From Cycas panzhihuaensis (lineage: Eukaryota; Plantae; Cycadophyta), in NCBI GenBank assembly GCA_023213395.1, contig CM041465.1:60271741-60335740 (forward strand): a stretch of DNA of 64,000 nt. Direction: 5' to 3'. Below, piece after piece: positions 25,519-41,800 of this stretch. Made by a program: the position numbers and the translations under genes. The notes under the pieces were generated by a model that made no database searches, had not been told where the DNA came from, and saw only the letters and a list, made by a program, of their open reading frames with translations. Position 1 is the stretch's first letter; the number at the start of each line of letters is the position of its first letter.

Positions 25519-28500
25519 ATAAGAGATAAAGAAGAAGAAAAGAAGGATATTGGGGTTAAGGGAGTAGGAAACAATAAGACAAAAAAGAAGGGAAAGGGAG
25601 AGAGGTGCCCTTTGATTAATCATCCCCTTTCTACACTTTTATTTTCTCATCTTACTCAAATCCCCTTTTTTTATCAAAAAAAAGAGAAAAGAAGAAAAGC
25701 AAAGGTTTCCTTTATTCTCATTTTGTTTCTTCAAATATCACTCTTCTACATCCCTTACTTTTACATATTGTTACTTGTATTTAGGATAAACCTCAAAAAA
25801 TAAAATAAAAAAGAAAATATAACAAATAAAATGAAAAAAAAAGAGAGAGCAAAAGCACTAAACTAGTGACCAAAATCCCTACCATGCACATTACAAATAG
25901 GTACGTCCTTGCTTTCCCCTCTTCATGTAAGATTTGAGAATAAAGGATAGATTGTAGTATCATGGGTTCTTAAACTCATTGGGTCTGGCATCCCATTAGT
26001 TGAGACTCCCTTTGCATACTAGATAGAAGAGGCTCATAGGCATGTGATTCATCCATTTCACCTTCTTTTCTTTTAGGTCAATTATACGTGCCTTAAAAAT
26101 TAGGGGGTGAAACCACCTTCATGTGTCTATTCTCATTTGGGTTGCCTTAGGTAGCAGTATAGCTACATCATGAGGTTATCATTTACCCTACTCTTTACAT
26201 ATGAAAGGTGCGATGACACCTAGGTAGCGTGTGGAGTGTTGTCTTCCCTTCTAGCTTATTGCATGTGCCCTGGGCTTGCTTGTTAGGTTTTAACAATAAT
26301 GCTTCTCCCATGCCTTAGGATCATTTCATTGGTGATCATACTTGGGAATCACTAGTAGGGAGATTTGTGTGACCCATAACCCTTCCTCTTCTTTCCTTTT
26401 TATTCTCCTTTCTTTAGGGCATCCTTTTGGTAGGAGCAAGGACCACTCTTTATTTTCATATTAATAAGTTTTTTATTTTTGATCTTTTCTTCTTATTAAA
26501 ATATGTGGATGCATTGCATTTTGTGTCGTCTATATGGACTGCCTCCTTTAGATATTCCTACCTCCTAGACCTCCATCAATTCGAGTGACCAAGAGTCATC
26601 GATGGAGGATTATCCTGAAGGATGGGCTAACCAACCCTATGCCCATGATTGGCCTCAAGGTGAAGCCCCCTACCCTTATCAGGGTCTTGCCCATGTAGGC
26701 AGTGACCCATTTCATCAAGTCTCTCCCCAATAAGAAGGGCAACCTATTCATCCTTATTCCTATTCCCACAAGGAAACCCATTTCCATGATCCTTAATTAT
26801 ATCATAAACACGTAACTAATGACCTTCCTTCTTAGCCTGGTCATGAAGGAGAGCCTTCGGTCTCCCTTGACCCCAATCATACTCCTCTTAGTGATGCGGT
26901 TAAAGTATTAAGGGAGCATTTCAAAGTTATTGTCAGTCAACCCCCTCCTAAGTGGTTATGGCAGTTCCTTGTGACTTCTCCCACAGTTTCTCCTGCTATC
27001 CCTCCACAATCCACTACTCAAACTTTATCTTTCATTTCGTCTAATGATGCTCTAGTGATTCATATATCTCAACCTTCATCAACTGAAGGTGAGCCAATTT
27101 GTGATGCTCCTCCTCCCTATAGTGAAGGGACCATAACCTCTATCTATTCTTCGATTCCTCCACCCACCTCGTTACACCTCCTACCTTTACATACAACTTC
27201 CACTCACCCATATTACCCAAGGTGGTCAAGCATGCCTCTCGCTCATTTGCACCCTTGTATGCGAAACCCCTCTTTGTATGTGCCCTAGGTTACACATTAT
27301 TACCTTGGGGGTATGTGGGTTCTAACCCCTTTCCTACTTATAGGGTTGATCCACTTAACCCTTATGGAGTAACCCCGCCTATTGGGGGATAGTTTGGGTA
27401 AAATCCTTTGCCCCCTCCCACCACCCAATAAACATTTCCATCTTCACAAGGTGTTTCGCTCCAGGGAAGCCTTCCCCTTTCTTGACCATCTATGCCTCAT
27501 AGTATAACCTGCACTGCCCAACTTTATTATTATTTGTACCCCAAGGGGTGGACCTAGGCATTCTTGACCTCCTCTATACCCTTCCTACTCCTCCTCTCAA
27601 CATGGAGGATTGCCCCTGCCATCATCCCAATTTGGAGGTGTTGCATATCAAGGCTATCTACCTAACCCTTACCATACTCACACAGTTAACGTAAGTAGTG
27701 GATTTTCATAAGGAGGATACTTCTATCCCTCTCCTAATCTATTGGCCCAACCTCGAGGGTGACCTTTCATGGATTATAGGTCTAGCCTACTTTTGGTTAA
27801 GGCCCTCTGAACTAACTTACCCCCACATCCTTAAGAAGTGCCTAAATTAGATAGCACTAACTCTTAGGACCCAACTAATCATGCCAGGGCTTTTGCCATG
27901 GTATACATTAATTATTGGTCCTATGATTATATACTGATGAAGCTTTTCCCTCGTTCACTTCAAGGTGATGCCTTGAAGTGGTTTTATCAGTTATTGTCAC
28001 ATTCAATTTCCACGTTTCAATAGTTAGTTGATAATTTTGTCAACTATTTTAACGTGGCCCACCCCTTCGAAAGTGGGGTTAAAGCATTGTTGTCCTTAAA
28101 GCAACGTCATGATGAACTGAACTGTGATTTTGTGTGGTAATTCCATGATCTCCTTCATTCTTCCAAGGCCACACTACTTGAGGAATTGAAGAGGGACATT
28201 TTCGTTAATGCCCTAAGACCCAAAGTTCATGTTGAAGTCCTCAAAATGAGGGTGACTACTTGTAATTCTATCATTGCCAAGTGTTTGGCACTTAAATCCA
28301 TCAAGATCCAAGTTGGCCTCAAGAAGGTCACAAAGAAATTGTTATATCTGAGGCACCACATCCTTGACATGAGAATAAGGGCACTCATCAACAAACGTCA
28401 AAGCCCCCTATCAGTTTAAATGATAAGACTTTAAACCCCTTAACTTCAATTGTTTGGTCATTTGAGCAAATGGTGCATGACTTGAAGTTGTAACCAACTC

Positions 28501-31500
28501 AAGCATTGCAGGAGCCACATCAATCACAATATGGATATACGGAGGTCCACCAAACTACCTAGACTCCACCTCCCAAGAGCGAAGATAATTCTATGCCTTA
28601 GCCTAAGTGAGTGAGGCCCCCACTAAGAAAGAAGTGGTGCTCGATTCATGGGCAATGCACCCATGATGATTCTAGGTATCAAACACAACACCCAGAATTA
28701 GCTCCTCCTCATGATCTACCTCCTCAAGGTGAGTCTAAATTGAACTTTAGGCAACCTGTGTACTAAGATCCCTTCTCGAATTATGAAGAACAAAACCAAC
28801 GTGTTTAATAGCCACTAAGATCTAATAGGAACAGGAGGCCAACCCAGCCCCCTCCTGCCAATCAATCGAAGGGAAAGAACCCGTGCATGGCTCCTCCCCA
28901 TTGATTCTTATGACCTAATATATTACCTCCTCTCAAACCATGAGTAAGGGTAAGAGAGTTATTCAATTACTTGAGACCACCCAAGTGTATCCTATCACGA
29001 GGTCCTAGGCTAGCAAGGAGGCTAGAGAATCCTCTACATCATAACAACAACCTCAATGGGATTCTTTTCCTATTGAGATGCCCATAGTCTTGAAGACTTT
29101 TCTTGTGCACCTGGGTAGGTATGATTTTAAGCATGCTCTTCCCCAACCCATTGAGAAAGGGAAGGCATTCTCTATCATTAAGGAGCTACATACTATTTTA
29201 GTCGGGATGTCCATGATGGATGTGCTAAAGAGTTGCCCTTATTAAAGGGCACTCTTGTTGGAAGTCCTAAGGCTCAATGATGCCTTAATTCATACGATTG
29301 GTACCTCTTCTACTCACATGCCAAACCTTATCATATTTGATCCATGCGATCTTCCTTCCCTAAAGGATAAATAATTATATTGGCATTATCTTTTTAACAT
29401 TACCATCAAAACATCTGATGTTGCCCTTAAGAGGACCATTATTGACAATGGATCTTCTGTCAATGTGATGCTAGTTTGTATGCTCGAGGAGTTAGGAATT
29501 AAAGCCCTCAAGCTGGTTCCCTAGAGGTTCCATGGGTATGATGGATCTAAAAAAGCTTCTTTGGGTATGGTTAAGCTTCCCTTAACCTTGGAGGATAAAA
29601 CAGTATAAGTGGACATGGTCATTTTGGATATTAAGGTTAATTATAACCTCCTTCTAGGTCAGCCTTGGCTTGATCAGATGGGAGCAATGTGTTCTTTAAG
29701 GTAAGGGCAACTTAAATTTGCCCATCAAGGGTAAATTAAAGTTATAATGTGTGAATCTCCATTGAATCACCCTTCTCACTAGCCATGCCAAGCAATTTTT
29801 GGATTGGGAAAGGAACAGGATGACCTGCTTGAGGATGAGGTGCATCCTCATAGTGATGGAACCCTTCCTCCTACTTCCCATGATTTGGTGTATTTCACCC
29901 CTATAGAGGTCAAAAATTATGGTTATTTGGTGGTCCTTAGTCACTCTACGTCTGGAGATAAGTATGAGGAGTCTCCACATCAGGTTAATTATTTAAACTT
30001 AGCGCAGGATATTCCTCCCTCTCTTGATATTCCTCCCCCTTTTGAACTGAATCCTTCTAATCATACCCTGATCCTAGATCCACCTCCTCCTCTTTCACCT
30101 ATACAAGAATCTCATCGTCTGAGGATGTGGTTGTCTCACTACACACCTAAGATGGCCATTAATCACCATATGGATAGTCCAAACCTTCATATCCATGAAG
30201 ATGAAATAGACGGATATAGTCTCCCTCCTCCTATCTAAGCCACTTTCTAAGGAGAGATTCCTTGGGATGGCCATAATGAATTAACTAATTTTGAGATGCA
30301 GTCGCTCTCAGTCCCATCTCATTTACTACATGCAATAAACCTATTGAGGTACATGGAGAATGTGAACAGTATAACACCTATTCCAAGGAATGCCAATTTG
30401 TCTCTACCATCCAATGATGAAGATGATGACTCTAACTCAAACTTTTCATATGATGATCAATTGTTTGTGATCCAGATCCATTCGTCCCTCTTTCCTTATA
30501 ATCTATGAGTGAAACAATCATGTGCATGTATTATAACTCATTAGAAGAGTCTTGATACTATGTCAACAAAACATGGGATCAGTCACAACTTGTTGACTCC
30601 CCACAAATATCTCAAGTACATATGAGTAAAATAATCCATAGGATTAATTGCCTTGAAAATGATGAGGCCTTACTTCAACATTTTGTAAGGAATGCACCTA
30701 ACTTACCAGGTGGGCATCATAAGTTGGGCTTTTGGAAGTGGCTCATTGTAGGGTCAACCTTGTCCAACCCATGCTAAGTAACTATGCCTCTAAAACCCTC
30801 TATAGATCAAGCGCCTCCTTACTTTGAAGAGGGAAATGTGCTCTTTGTCGATGTGACTAAAGGTATCATCCTTATGCCTAAGTGAATCATTAAAATAAGA
30901 GTTGAGTGTTCATCCTAAGAAGTTAAAGAGTACACAAATTCATTTCACAAATTTCATGATGTCTTCACTTGGGATTATTCAAACATGAAGGGTATTGATC
31001 CCTCCATTGTCATGCATAATCTTACCACCATACTCGGTGCCCACCCAGTTAGGCAGAAGCTGTGTTCCTTACACCCTAAGCTCTCGTCAGGCATGAAAAT
31101 GGAAGTCAAGAAGCTGCATGTAGTTAGTCTTATCAGCTTAATAGATTATACCAAGTGGGTATCTAACATCATCCCAATCATAAAGAAAAATGAAATAATA
31201 AGAATCTACATTGATTTTCAAGATATTAGCAATGCTTATCCTAAGGAAAATTTTTCGTTACCCTTTATTGATCAAATTATCGACTGCACTACTGGATTCA
31301 AGGTGATGTCCTTGATAGATGGTTTCTCTGGGTACAACTAGATTCAAATCTCTCCAGAGGGCCGCCATAAGACCACTTTTAACACCCCATGGGGGACATT
31401 CGCTTATAAAGCCATACCCTTTGGCTTGAAAAATATTGGTATGATATACCAAAGAGCCATGCAGTTTATCTTCCTCAACCTCATTAATAATATTCTAGAG

Positions 31501-34500
31501 GTCTTTATGGATAATCTCATGGGCTTATCTTGCAAAAGGAGTGATCAGCTGGAAGATTTAAGGAAGATATTCATACATTGTCATAAATATCATATTAGTT
31601 TGAATCCTCTCAAGTGTGTCTTTATTGTCACCATCAATAAATTATTAGGGTTCCTTGTATCTGAAGAAGGGATCAAAGTAGACCCTGATAAACTTAAGGT
31701 TCTGGTTGAGATGCCCCCACCTAAAACCTAATGGTAAATTAAGTCCTTCTTAGGCTGCCTTGGGTTTTTGTGATGGTTCCTAATAGATTTTGCCATCAAT
31801 GCTAAATTGCTAACTAATTTACTCAAGAAGGGAACCCCTTTTGTGTGGACACATAAGGCTCAAGTAGCCTTCAACCAACTTAAGCAGGCTCTCCTCACGA
31901 CTCTTACGTTGGTACCTCCCATATTTGATCGTCTCTTTATTCTTTATACCTCTACAACTAATGAATTTATGGGTATTATGCTAGCCCAAGAGGATGATGC
32001 CAAGGTTGAGAAGGTCGTTTACTTCATCAGTCATACCTTAGTGGTTACTGAACTAAACTACCCTCCAACTGAAAAAGAACGCTTAGCCTTGGTATTTGCT
32101 ATTAAGAAGCTCTACCATTATCTCCTCAAAAATATAATGCATGTTATTATCCAATCAAACCCATTACATTATCTTATGATGTGATCCAACCTAACTGGGA
32201 GAACAAGTAAATGGGCCCTCCTCCTATAAGAATATGATCTTAAGGTTGTCATCTAAGAAAGGTATGATAGTGGCCAAGTAGTTAGTAGATGCTCTAATTT
32301 CCAACCCAATCAAGATCCCTATCGATGACTCTCTCTTGCATGAGTCAATTATGGCCCTCCAAGAGGCTGATCCCCACACTCTAGCCAATGATAAATGGTA
32401 TGACAACATTACTAACTATTTGGTGTAATAAAAATACCATTCTAACACTTTTGACAAGGTTAAACACTGCATCAAGGCTTTAGTCTGTTAATATTTTATC
32501 ATTAAAGATACATTGTACAAGCGTTCTTTTGATGGTGTCCTTCTGCAATGTGTTACTCCAAGTCAGACTAATCAGATTCTCTGTGAATGTTATGATGGCA
32601 TATGTGGGGGACACTTTGGGGGTCAATCTATTGCCCATAGAATATTATACCAAGGTTATTACTAGCCAATATTATTTAAAGATGCCCACAATATCTTACA
32701 TTATTATAAATGCCAAAAGCATGCTAACGTGATTCACCCACCGTCGGAGGCATTACTGGCTATCATATCACCATGGCCATTTTCTCAATTGGGGTTGGAT
32801 CTTATAGGGGCTATAACTCTTCTGTCTTCAGCCCAACACAAGTTTATTCTGGTAGCAACTGAATATTTCACTAAATGGGCTAAGATAGTCATTCTATCTT
32901 TAATGAAAAGCAAGATAATCGCCATGTTTGTCTTTCAAAATATTATTTATCATTTCAAAGTCCCTGATGTTCTCATTATGGATAACAAGACTCCTTTCTA
33001 TAATAAAGAAATGGATGAGCTTTGTGAGAAATTTAAAATCTCTTATAAAATGTTATCTCTATATTATCCTCAATCCAATGATCAGATCTAGGCTTTTAAT
33101 AAGACCTTGATCAATATCCTTAAGAAAACCATCAGTCAATCCTAAGGGGATTGGCATTTACAGCTTCATCCTGCTCTTTAGACTTATCGTACATTGATTA
33201 GAACCACCATAGGGATGACTCCTTTTTCTTTAGTTTATGGGACAGAAGTAGTCCTCTCTTTGGAGATTGAAATCCCTTCTTTTAAGGGTGTCGCTTAAAG
33301 ATTTTCTTGATGAAGAGTGGTGACGTCAAGCCTATCTTTTAGATCTAGAAGCACTTGATAAAAAATACCTCGCTGCATATTAATCTAACCTTACATCCAA
33401 AGCTAAAACTCAAAAGACCCATGATAAGTGCCTTTGCCTACGTCCTCTAGTTCTAAGGGACTAGGTCCTTAAACTCAAATATCTATATGATTGCCTCTAG
33501 AAATTTGACCCCAAATGGGTGGGCCCCTTTGTCATCATCAATATGTTAAATAATAGTGCATATCGTACCGCTACTTTGGAAGGCCTCCAATTCAAGAAGG
33601 CTGTCAATAGTCAATTTCTCAAAATATTTTATCATTGACCTCTTAGCCCTCCAAAGTAGGGGGCAGCTACAACAACCTACTCCAGTACGAGCCTGAACTA
33701 CTAACCTACTTTGAAATAAGCCTAAACTATCCCTCCCCCTAAGGTCAGGCTTTCCTCCATTCTTAGAATAGGGGGCATGGCATCTATTACCTCTCCATAG
33801 CTCTAAAGTGACCCTAGATCACTTTAATTTGAGGGTTATGCTAATGTTATAACATTTCATTTAAAGTTCTCTTTTACCCTATCTGGCATGACAATGACGA
33901 CAATCCCATAATGAGAAGGCATGAGACTTCACCATGAGTATAAACTAGATCTCCAAAGTGTATGATACCATTTCATGTAGAATGTGGGTGTGTGAGCTAT
34001 GATGCCATATACATGAGATTATGATAAAATAAACATACATAAGCATAGCATATACACACATGAGAGTGATATCACATATGCATAAAGATACATCCATAAA
34101 ACAAATATACAAAGGATACAAAGCAAATGATGGGTTTCGAATTGGCCCCTATTAATATCTATATATATCCAAAAGTGTTGAGTACATGGTGGATAGGGAT
34201 GTATCATCCTAAGAAGAGGCTGGGATCTTTGCAGGGAGGGTACAATCATGCATATAAACTCTATACCCCTAGAGGCCCAACTCTCCTCTACTATACAAAA
34301 AGTGGTGTACATGTACATAAAATATGTAGTTGGCCATGCCCTCATGGAGTGTCATCTCATGGCCCCTCCCTCCTCTACTTTGGTGGGGTCCATATACCCC
34401 CCATACTCATCCTCAATTGTTGTGATGGCTCGGCCTCACTCCCCTCGCCCCATGGGTGATGTTCGTCTCTAGGTCATCGATATGATGGCATAGTGGTGTG

Positions 34501-34860
34501 TGTCCTTAAGGACCGTGATGCCATCTAGTCCACAAGTCAATCATACATAGACCTAAGATGGTCCCGCTACCCCTAGATCTCCATGAGTCTTGCCTTTAAA
34601 CTAACAACTTGCATGTCTATGTCTTGGGCTATCACTAGGGGCGTCGTTGATATAAGTTGTGTCGCTACCAATCCCTATGCCTTTAGCTCTTGGACTTATG
34701 CTTGTAGTTTGTCTAGCTCAGCTCTAACTTGGCCAAGATCATGAGCCTAGGTTACCCATCTCTCTCTCACATATAATAGACGGGTGAATACCACTGTGTA
34801 AGGTTGAGCCAACGCAGGCTCCTTACTATCCACAATGGGAGGCTGACCCTCCACATATAC
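23752..34860 (+). mobile_element. Large decayed non-chromovirus Gypsy (Athila/Tat-like) element lacking a visible 3' LTR
   Basis: About 2.7-kb LTR/leader (TATA at about 24388), Pro-rich gag from about 26500, capsid LMKLFPRSLQGDALKWF at about 27935, protease LKRTIIDNGSSVNVM at about 29430, RT 30985-31731, RH 31807-32184, integrase SPWPFSQLGLDLIG (32729-33091) to the stop at about 33638, then a long 3' UTR. Outer boundaries are approximate. Confidence 0.85.
25472..25514. repeat. (AG)n microsatellite, about 21 units
   Basis: Read directly. Confidence 0.98.
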
Positions 34861-34950
34861 TGTTGGAAATAAGTCAGCTATCACCCTAGCCACAACCTCT
34901 ATTGTAATCTCAACTCCTACAAACAACAAAGTCCATGTGTTAATAAGCTC

Positions 34951-35852
<902 letters not shown>

Positions 35853-38800
35853 TGAAGGAATGATGGATCTAAGAGATAAATCACTAACATGTACACAATA
35901 GTAATGGAGAATGAAAAAGAAGATAAAACAAGATATGAGAGCAAGTTCGGAGGTGATAATGAATAATGACTCCCTCCTTGAGATTTCACCTTTTATTATT
36001 AAGGGTGAGCATTAGGGTTAGGATTTTTTCACTTAATGATATGAACCCGAAATTACATCTAAATGCACATAAAGTGCATTTCATTAAGAGACTAATGATA
36101 ATAATATATCATAAGGTCACATAATTAATCCACACAAATGACCTTGATACATTAACCTCTTTCAATCCCCCCTTTAATGGTGGAAGGTTATTTTGAAAAA
36201 ATCTATTCTATGAGGTCTTTATTTGAGCCTCATTATTACATTGAAATTCTAAATGACACTTTTGTGGAAAAACCCTCATGGGGAATAAAAACCCATGAAC
36301 TTTCTAAAATCTAAAGCCCCTTTTATAAATCAAAATAGCTAAGTTGGCTCTTTGATGTAGCCTGATAGCCAAACAACTTAAATGTGCATCTTAATCTGCT
36401 AAGTCTCCATATACTATTTGGTCATCCCCTATGCCCTTTTGGGTTTTCACAGGTTCTGATTTTCTAAAACTAGTACAACCCTTATCCTTCCGTGCCCACA
36501 TGGGATTTTAACAAAGAGGATAGAGCAAAGACTTACTCTTATTCTTCCGCACCCACAAGGGTTTTCATGAAGAGAATAGAGTATGATAATCTTGTTGCCA
36601 TCTTCTTTGATCAATCAAAGATAGAGGCCCTAAGGCCGAGCTGCCTTCGGAACTATTTAAACTTCACCTTTTGCAACAGTTTTGTGAAGATATCAGCCAC
36701 TTGATCTGCTATGGGATAGTAATCTAATTGAATTGTGGCGTCATGAACAAGTTCTCTAATCCTGTGGACTTTCGTACTTATGTGTTTGGTACGATCATGA
36801 AATACAAGATTTTTCACCATGTAGATTGTCAATTGATTATCCACATGAAGACTCGTAGGACTTGCTTAGGTGATATTCAATGTTTCCAATAATTTTCTCA
36901 GCCATATCACCTCTTTACTAGTCTTAGAAGCAGCAATGTATTCAGCTTCGGTGGTTGAATCTACAACTATCTTCTACCATCTGGATCTCCACGATATTGG
37001 TGCTGTTCCAAGAAATATTACATACCCAGACGTAGATCTTCCTGTATCTTTATCTCCTGTAAAGTCTGAGTTTGTGTATGCAGAAAGCTTGAAGTCTAAA
37101 TTAGGTTCATACAACAGACCATATTTGCTGGTCGTCTTAAGGTATCTCAACACTCGCACTGCTGCCTGCCAATGATTCCACTTAGGATTTGTCATGTAAC
37201 GAGCAAGAATGCCCACAGAGTGTATAATATTTGGCCTTGTATTGGTAGTGTAGATGAGACTACCTACAAGTTTCTTGTAAAGTGTTGCACCTGCCTCCCT
37301 AGTGTCACCTTCAATTGAGAGTTTGGTGTTAGGGTCCATAGGTAACATCACTAGTCGAGCGCCTTCTAACTGAAACTTGGTTAGAAGATCGTTGATGTAT
37401 TTTTCCTGGGAGAGGAAAAATTTTCCATTCTTTTGTGTTACTTCAATTCCCAAGTAATATTTTATCAAACAGGGGTTAGACAATTCAAACGTTTTGCCAA
37501 GGTCCTTTTTCAACTGGCTTATTGCCTATTCACTATTACTCGTTACTAGTATGCCATCTACAAAGATTATGAGATAAGTGATTTTATCCTTATGGCACTT
37601 GATGAACAACGTTGCATCAATATCTTGATAGTCACAAACCTTGTATCTAAGTTGCCTCATCCTTTCAGACAACTTGGCAAACCAAGTGCGAGGGGCTTAT
37701 TTAAGGCTATACAAAGACTTTCTGAGCATGTAAACCTTATGCTCTTGACCTTCGATCTCATGTCCTTTTGGCTAATCCATGTAAATTTCTTCTTCAAGAT
37801 CTCTATTGAGAAACATGGTCTTAATATCAACTTGGTGGATTTTCTAACCCTGTTGAGCAGCCAAGGCCACAAGAGTTCTAATTGTAGGCCACTTGGTTGT
37901 AGGTGCAAAGACTTTAGTGTAGTCGATGCCTTCCCTTTGTGTAAATACTTTAGCTACCAACCTCGCCTTATATTTTTCAAGGGTGCCGTCTGATCTATAT
38001 TTGTTTTTGAACACCCATTTATTTTAAACTACCTTTCTGCCAAGTGGTAGATCAACGAGCTCCCATGTACCATTCTTGATAAGAGATTGATACTCTTCAT
38101 TCATGGCATTTCTCTAAGTTGTATGCTTTATAGCTTCTTGGTACGTTAAAGGCTCTTCATAAGAGTAAGATGTAGTTCTATTGGTTCAAGCTCAATATGT
38201 AATGATTCATACATCCTTGCTCTATGGGCACTTGCAGTGCCATTTTTGCCCACCCCATCTAGTCGTATGTCCTTATTGAGTTGCTGGGCTTCTCGAGATC
38301 CTCGAGTTGGGAATGAAGTCCTCATTTCCTCAACTTCTTGGTTCTTATCTTGTTCACTAAAATGATTATTTTTTTAGGAGGATGTTGATGTGCCTGAGGA
38401 AGATGGTCCTTCTGTCGTTGTTTTACCTTTGTCAAATGAAGGTGGAGAGGATGGTTCTTCTATAATGGCTTTGCCTTTGTCAACTCTGTTATCTTCAAAA
38501 AATGGTGTTGGATGTGCACTCATCGGTTGAGAGTCACAACCTGTATCCTCCAAGGCTCTATTGTCAGCTTCTAATATTTGGAGTAATTTATATCTGTCCC
38601 CCCCTAAATTTTAGAATCTGAACATCATACTTGATAACATTATTGTAGTGACGTGAGGGTATTATGGAGTCTGGTTTAAGCAATTGATCCTCTGTCTTCA
38701 CAAAAATGACATCTCTGGTAATGATGATTTTTCGTTGTAAAGGTATGAAGACCTTATACATTTTCTTATCTATAAGGTATCCAATAAAGATGCCTTTAAG

Positions 38801-41800
38801 TTCCCTTGGCTAGAGTTTATTTCGATTTGCATCTAGAATATGGGCATAGCATGTAAAGCCAAAAAATTTAAAGTAGTGAACAATGGGGGCTTGTTCTAAC
38901 CACTTTTCATTAGGTGATTGTACTTCCTTTGATGGGCTAATACCATTAATACAATAAACAGTTGTCTAGATAGCTTCAGCCCATAGATGGGCAGGTATAT
39001 TTTTGTATATTAACATAGCACGAGCCATGTTCATGATTGTCCTGTCCATATAATCAGCAACTCCAATTTGCTGTGGGGTATCTGCTACTATTATTTGATG
39101 CTTGATGCCATTGTCTCGAAGGTAGCTTTCAAACTTATATGAGGTATATTTACCACCATTATTAGTTTGAAGACATTTGAGTTGATAACCTGACTCTTTT
39201 TCAGTGAGGGCTTTGAATTCCTTGAATATACAGAATGCTTCATCTTTCTTGTGTAGAAAGCTACTCATACTTTTCTAGTATAATCATCAATGAAAGAGAT
39301 GTAATATAGCTTACCCTTCAGTGAAGGAATGGGAATTGGCCCACACAAATCAAAGTGTACCAATTGTAAGGATGACTCGATTTCCATTAACTTTTAGGAA
39401 AGGGTTGTCGATGGGATTTAGCAATGATACAAACTTCATATTTAAAGGGCTTAGAGGAAAACTTTGGAAGGTTTGGAAGAGTGTTAAAAAGATCGCTAAG
39501 TCTATCAATGTAAACATGGCCTATGTGAGCATGCCAAAGAGCTTCTGGTGACAACATTGGATGGGTCAAGATGGAATTAAATGCAAATTCTTCATCGGCA
39601 CAAGGGTTTTGGGTACAATGGGCTTCAGGAAATGGAGAGTCATTCAGTCGAAAGAGTTTGCTAGAGAGATGTCCAGTCAAAACCACCTGATTAGTTGGAG
39701 GGTGAATGACCTTAAGAGTTTGGTCATTTACAATTACACTCAGATCAAGTCCATGAGAAATAAGTGTGGATAAAGAGAGTAGGTTTTGTTTGAGATTGGG
39801 TATGTATAAGACATTAAACAATGTAAAATCTTCTAAGCCTTGGAGTTTTAGGCGAATGTTGTCAATTTCTTCAACATGTTATTGTGATTTATCAGTCATG
39901 TGAATAACTCCATGAATATTTGAGTCAAATGTTTGATATAGATTGTGATTGCATGTCATATGTTGAGTTGCTCCTGTGTTCATAATCCATTGTCCATTGA
40001 TTGAAGCCATACTATTGGCAATTCTAATAGGGCTTGGCATTGGTGAAAGGAATTCATAAGTGATATATCCACACTGAGCTTCAAAGTATCTCTTTGGTTG
40101 GTCAATGGCATTTGATGTTGAAGAACCCTTAATTCTTTAAATGTGTGCTTGTACAAAACCTGCATCACTAAAGGATTCTTCACAAGTTTCTTCAACATTA
40201 TGAGCTCCATGTTTTGGTTAGAACTTGGCCAACTTATAAGTGGTAGTTCTGTGATCTTTTGCTAAGTGTCCTTTATGGTTATACTCATCACACATAATAG
40301 TTTGATTACTAGTCCCTGAAGAAGTATTGGTTTAGCCTGACTGTCTTGCTCTTTGTTGAGGTGGCCATTGGCCTTGAAACTGTCGAGGTTCTGATTTAGG
40401 GTTTGATTAGCCTTGTGGTTGATTTTCCATATTTCTTCCTCTTCCTCTTACTCAGTTATTTCTTCTGCCACGAGAGGGACCTTGATTTTTTTTGTAGCAA
40501 ACTTCTTCCTCTACCTTAAAGACTGCATCTGGAAGAGAGTTAGAGGCTATAAAGTTTGTATCAAGGGTCTTGTCAAAATCTATGAACTTCTCAGCAAGTG
40601 CTTCAAAGTTGAGTGTTTTCAATGTTCCACTAGATTGAAGACTTCCAAGCAAGTTTTTATAATCGGGGACATGTAAACATGACTGGATCAAAAATACCCA
40701 AGTGATGCATTGGGTCCTAAAGTCTTTGTCAATTGCCTATTTGATTGATCGAAGAAGATTTATTGTCTCATGAGCTCCTCCCTTCTGCATTTTTAATTTG
40801 TTCATTTTCAAAACAAGATGAACAAATTCTAAATTTGACTTTGTATCAAAGTTCTTTCTGATAACTTCTAGGACCTTCCAGGTTGTATCATGTTCCACTT
40901 CGTTTATCAAGTTGTGCAACGAGTGATCAATGACCAACAGAATTCCTGCATGATTTTTTTCATCATCTATCTCCCATTGTAGTTTGGTTGCAGCATCTGT
41001 AGGAGCTGTTAGGGCGGATCCACCAGAAGTAGTTGTTGTAGTCGTTGCTGGTATATTAGGTGTAGGCTGCAAGTGGGCTCTCCAAAGGCCTTCATACATT
41101 GCAACATTTTTAATTCCAATGTACCATATATCCCAATTTTCTTTGCCTTTCAATATGCAGTTAACATTCTGCTTAAATTGAGATGACATGGTGATGATGA
41201 AGAAGTAGAAGAGATGATAGAAGTATGTGTCACTAATACGTGTGGCTAGTACACCTTACATAGTAGGGATGTAGAAATGAATGCTATGATGAGAAGCAAT
41301 TAATGATTAAGTATTTTTCAACAACTATGAAAAATGAATATAAGCAATGATGCAAGAATAAGGCCTAATGTAGAGCTGGCAAAGAGTGGTAATGTGTCAT
41401 GCCACTAACCTCTGACTTATGTCCAAATGTAGGTGAGGCTTCGATGCCTAAGGCTTCTAGTATACGATTAGGGCCTTCACCCACGATACCTGCACCTACG
41501 TTTGGTGATGAAATCCAAGTCACAGTGGAGCCCAAGTACTCCCAGTCCTCACCCAATTTACCAATGAATAGCTATATACCTCCTCTGAAGAGTCAAACAG
41601 TACTGTGTATCCCACAGCTATGACAGATATTGGACTAGGTTAATTTTAATATTGCATTAAGGTTTTCAATTTTCCTGGGTGGTTATTAGGATTATCCCTG
41701 ATTGGAGGCCGTAGGTGTGGCTAAAATGTCCCTCCACCACTAATATGGTTAAGACCAGACCTAGTATGAAACTCACACCTCCCTTAGGGCCTCGACTTCA

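Noticed and set aside
25360-25803. 147-aa ORF with RE repeats
   Set aside because: It arises from the (AG)n tract and purine-rich leader of the Gypsy element, with no domain signature.
34019-34472. Overlapping ORFs in the Athila/Tat-like 3' region as a possible env-like gene
   Set aside because: Short, with no recognisable domain or convincing transmembrane architecture.
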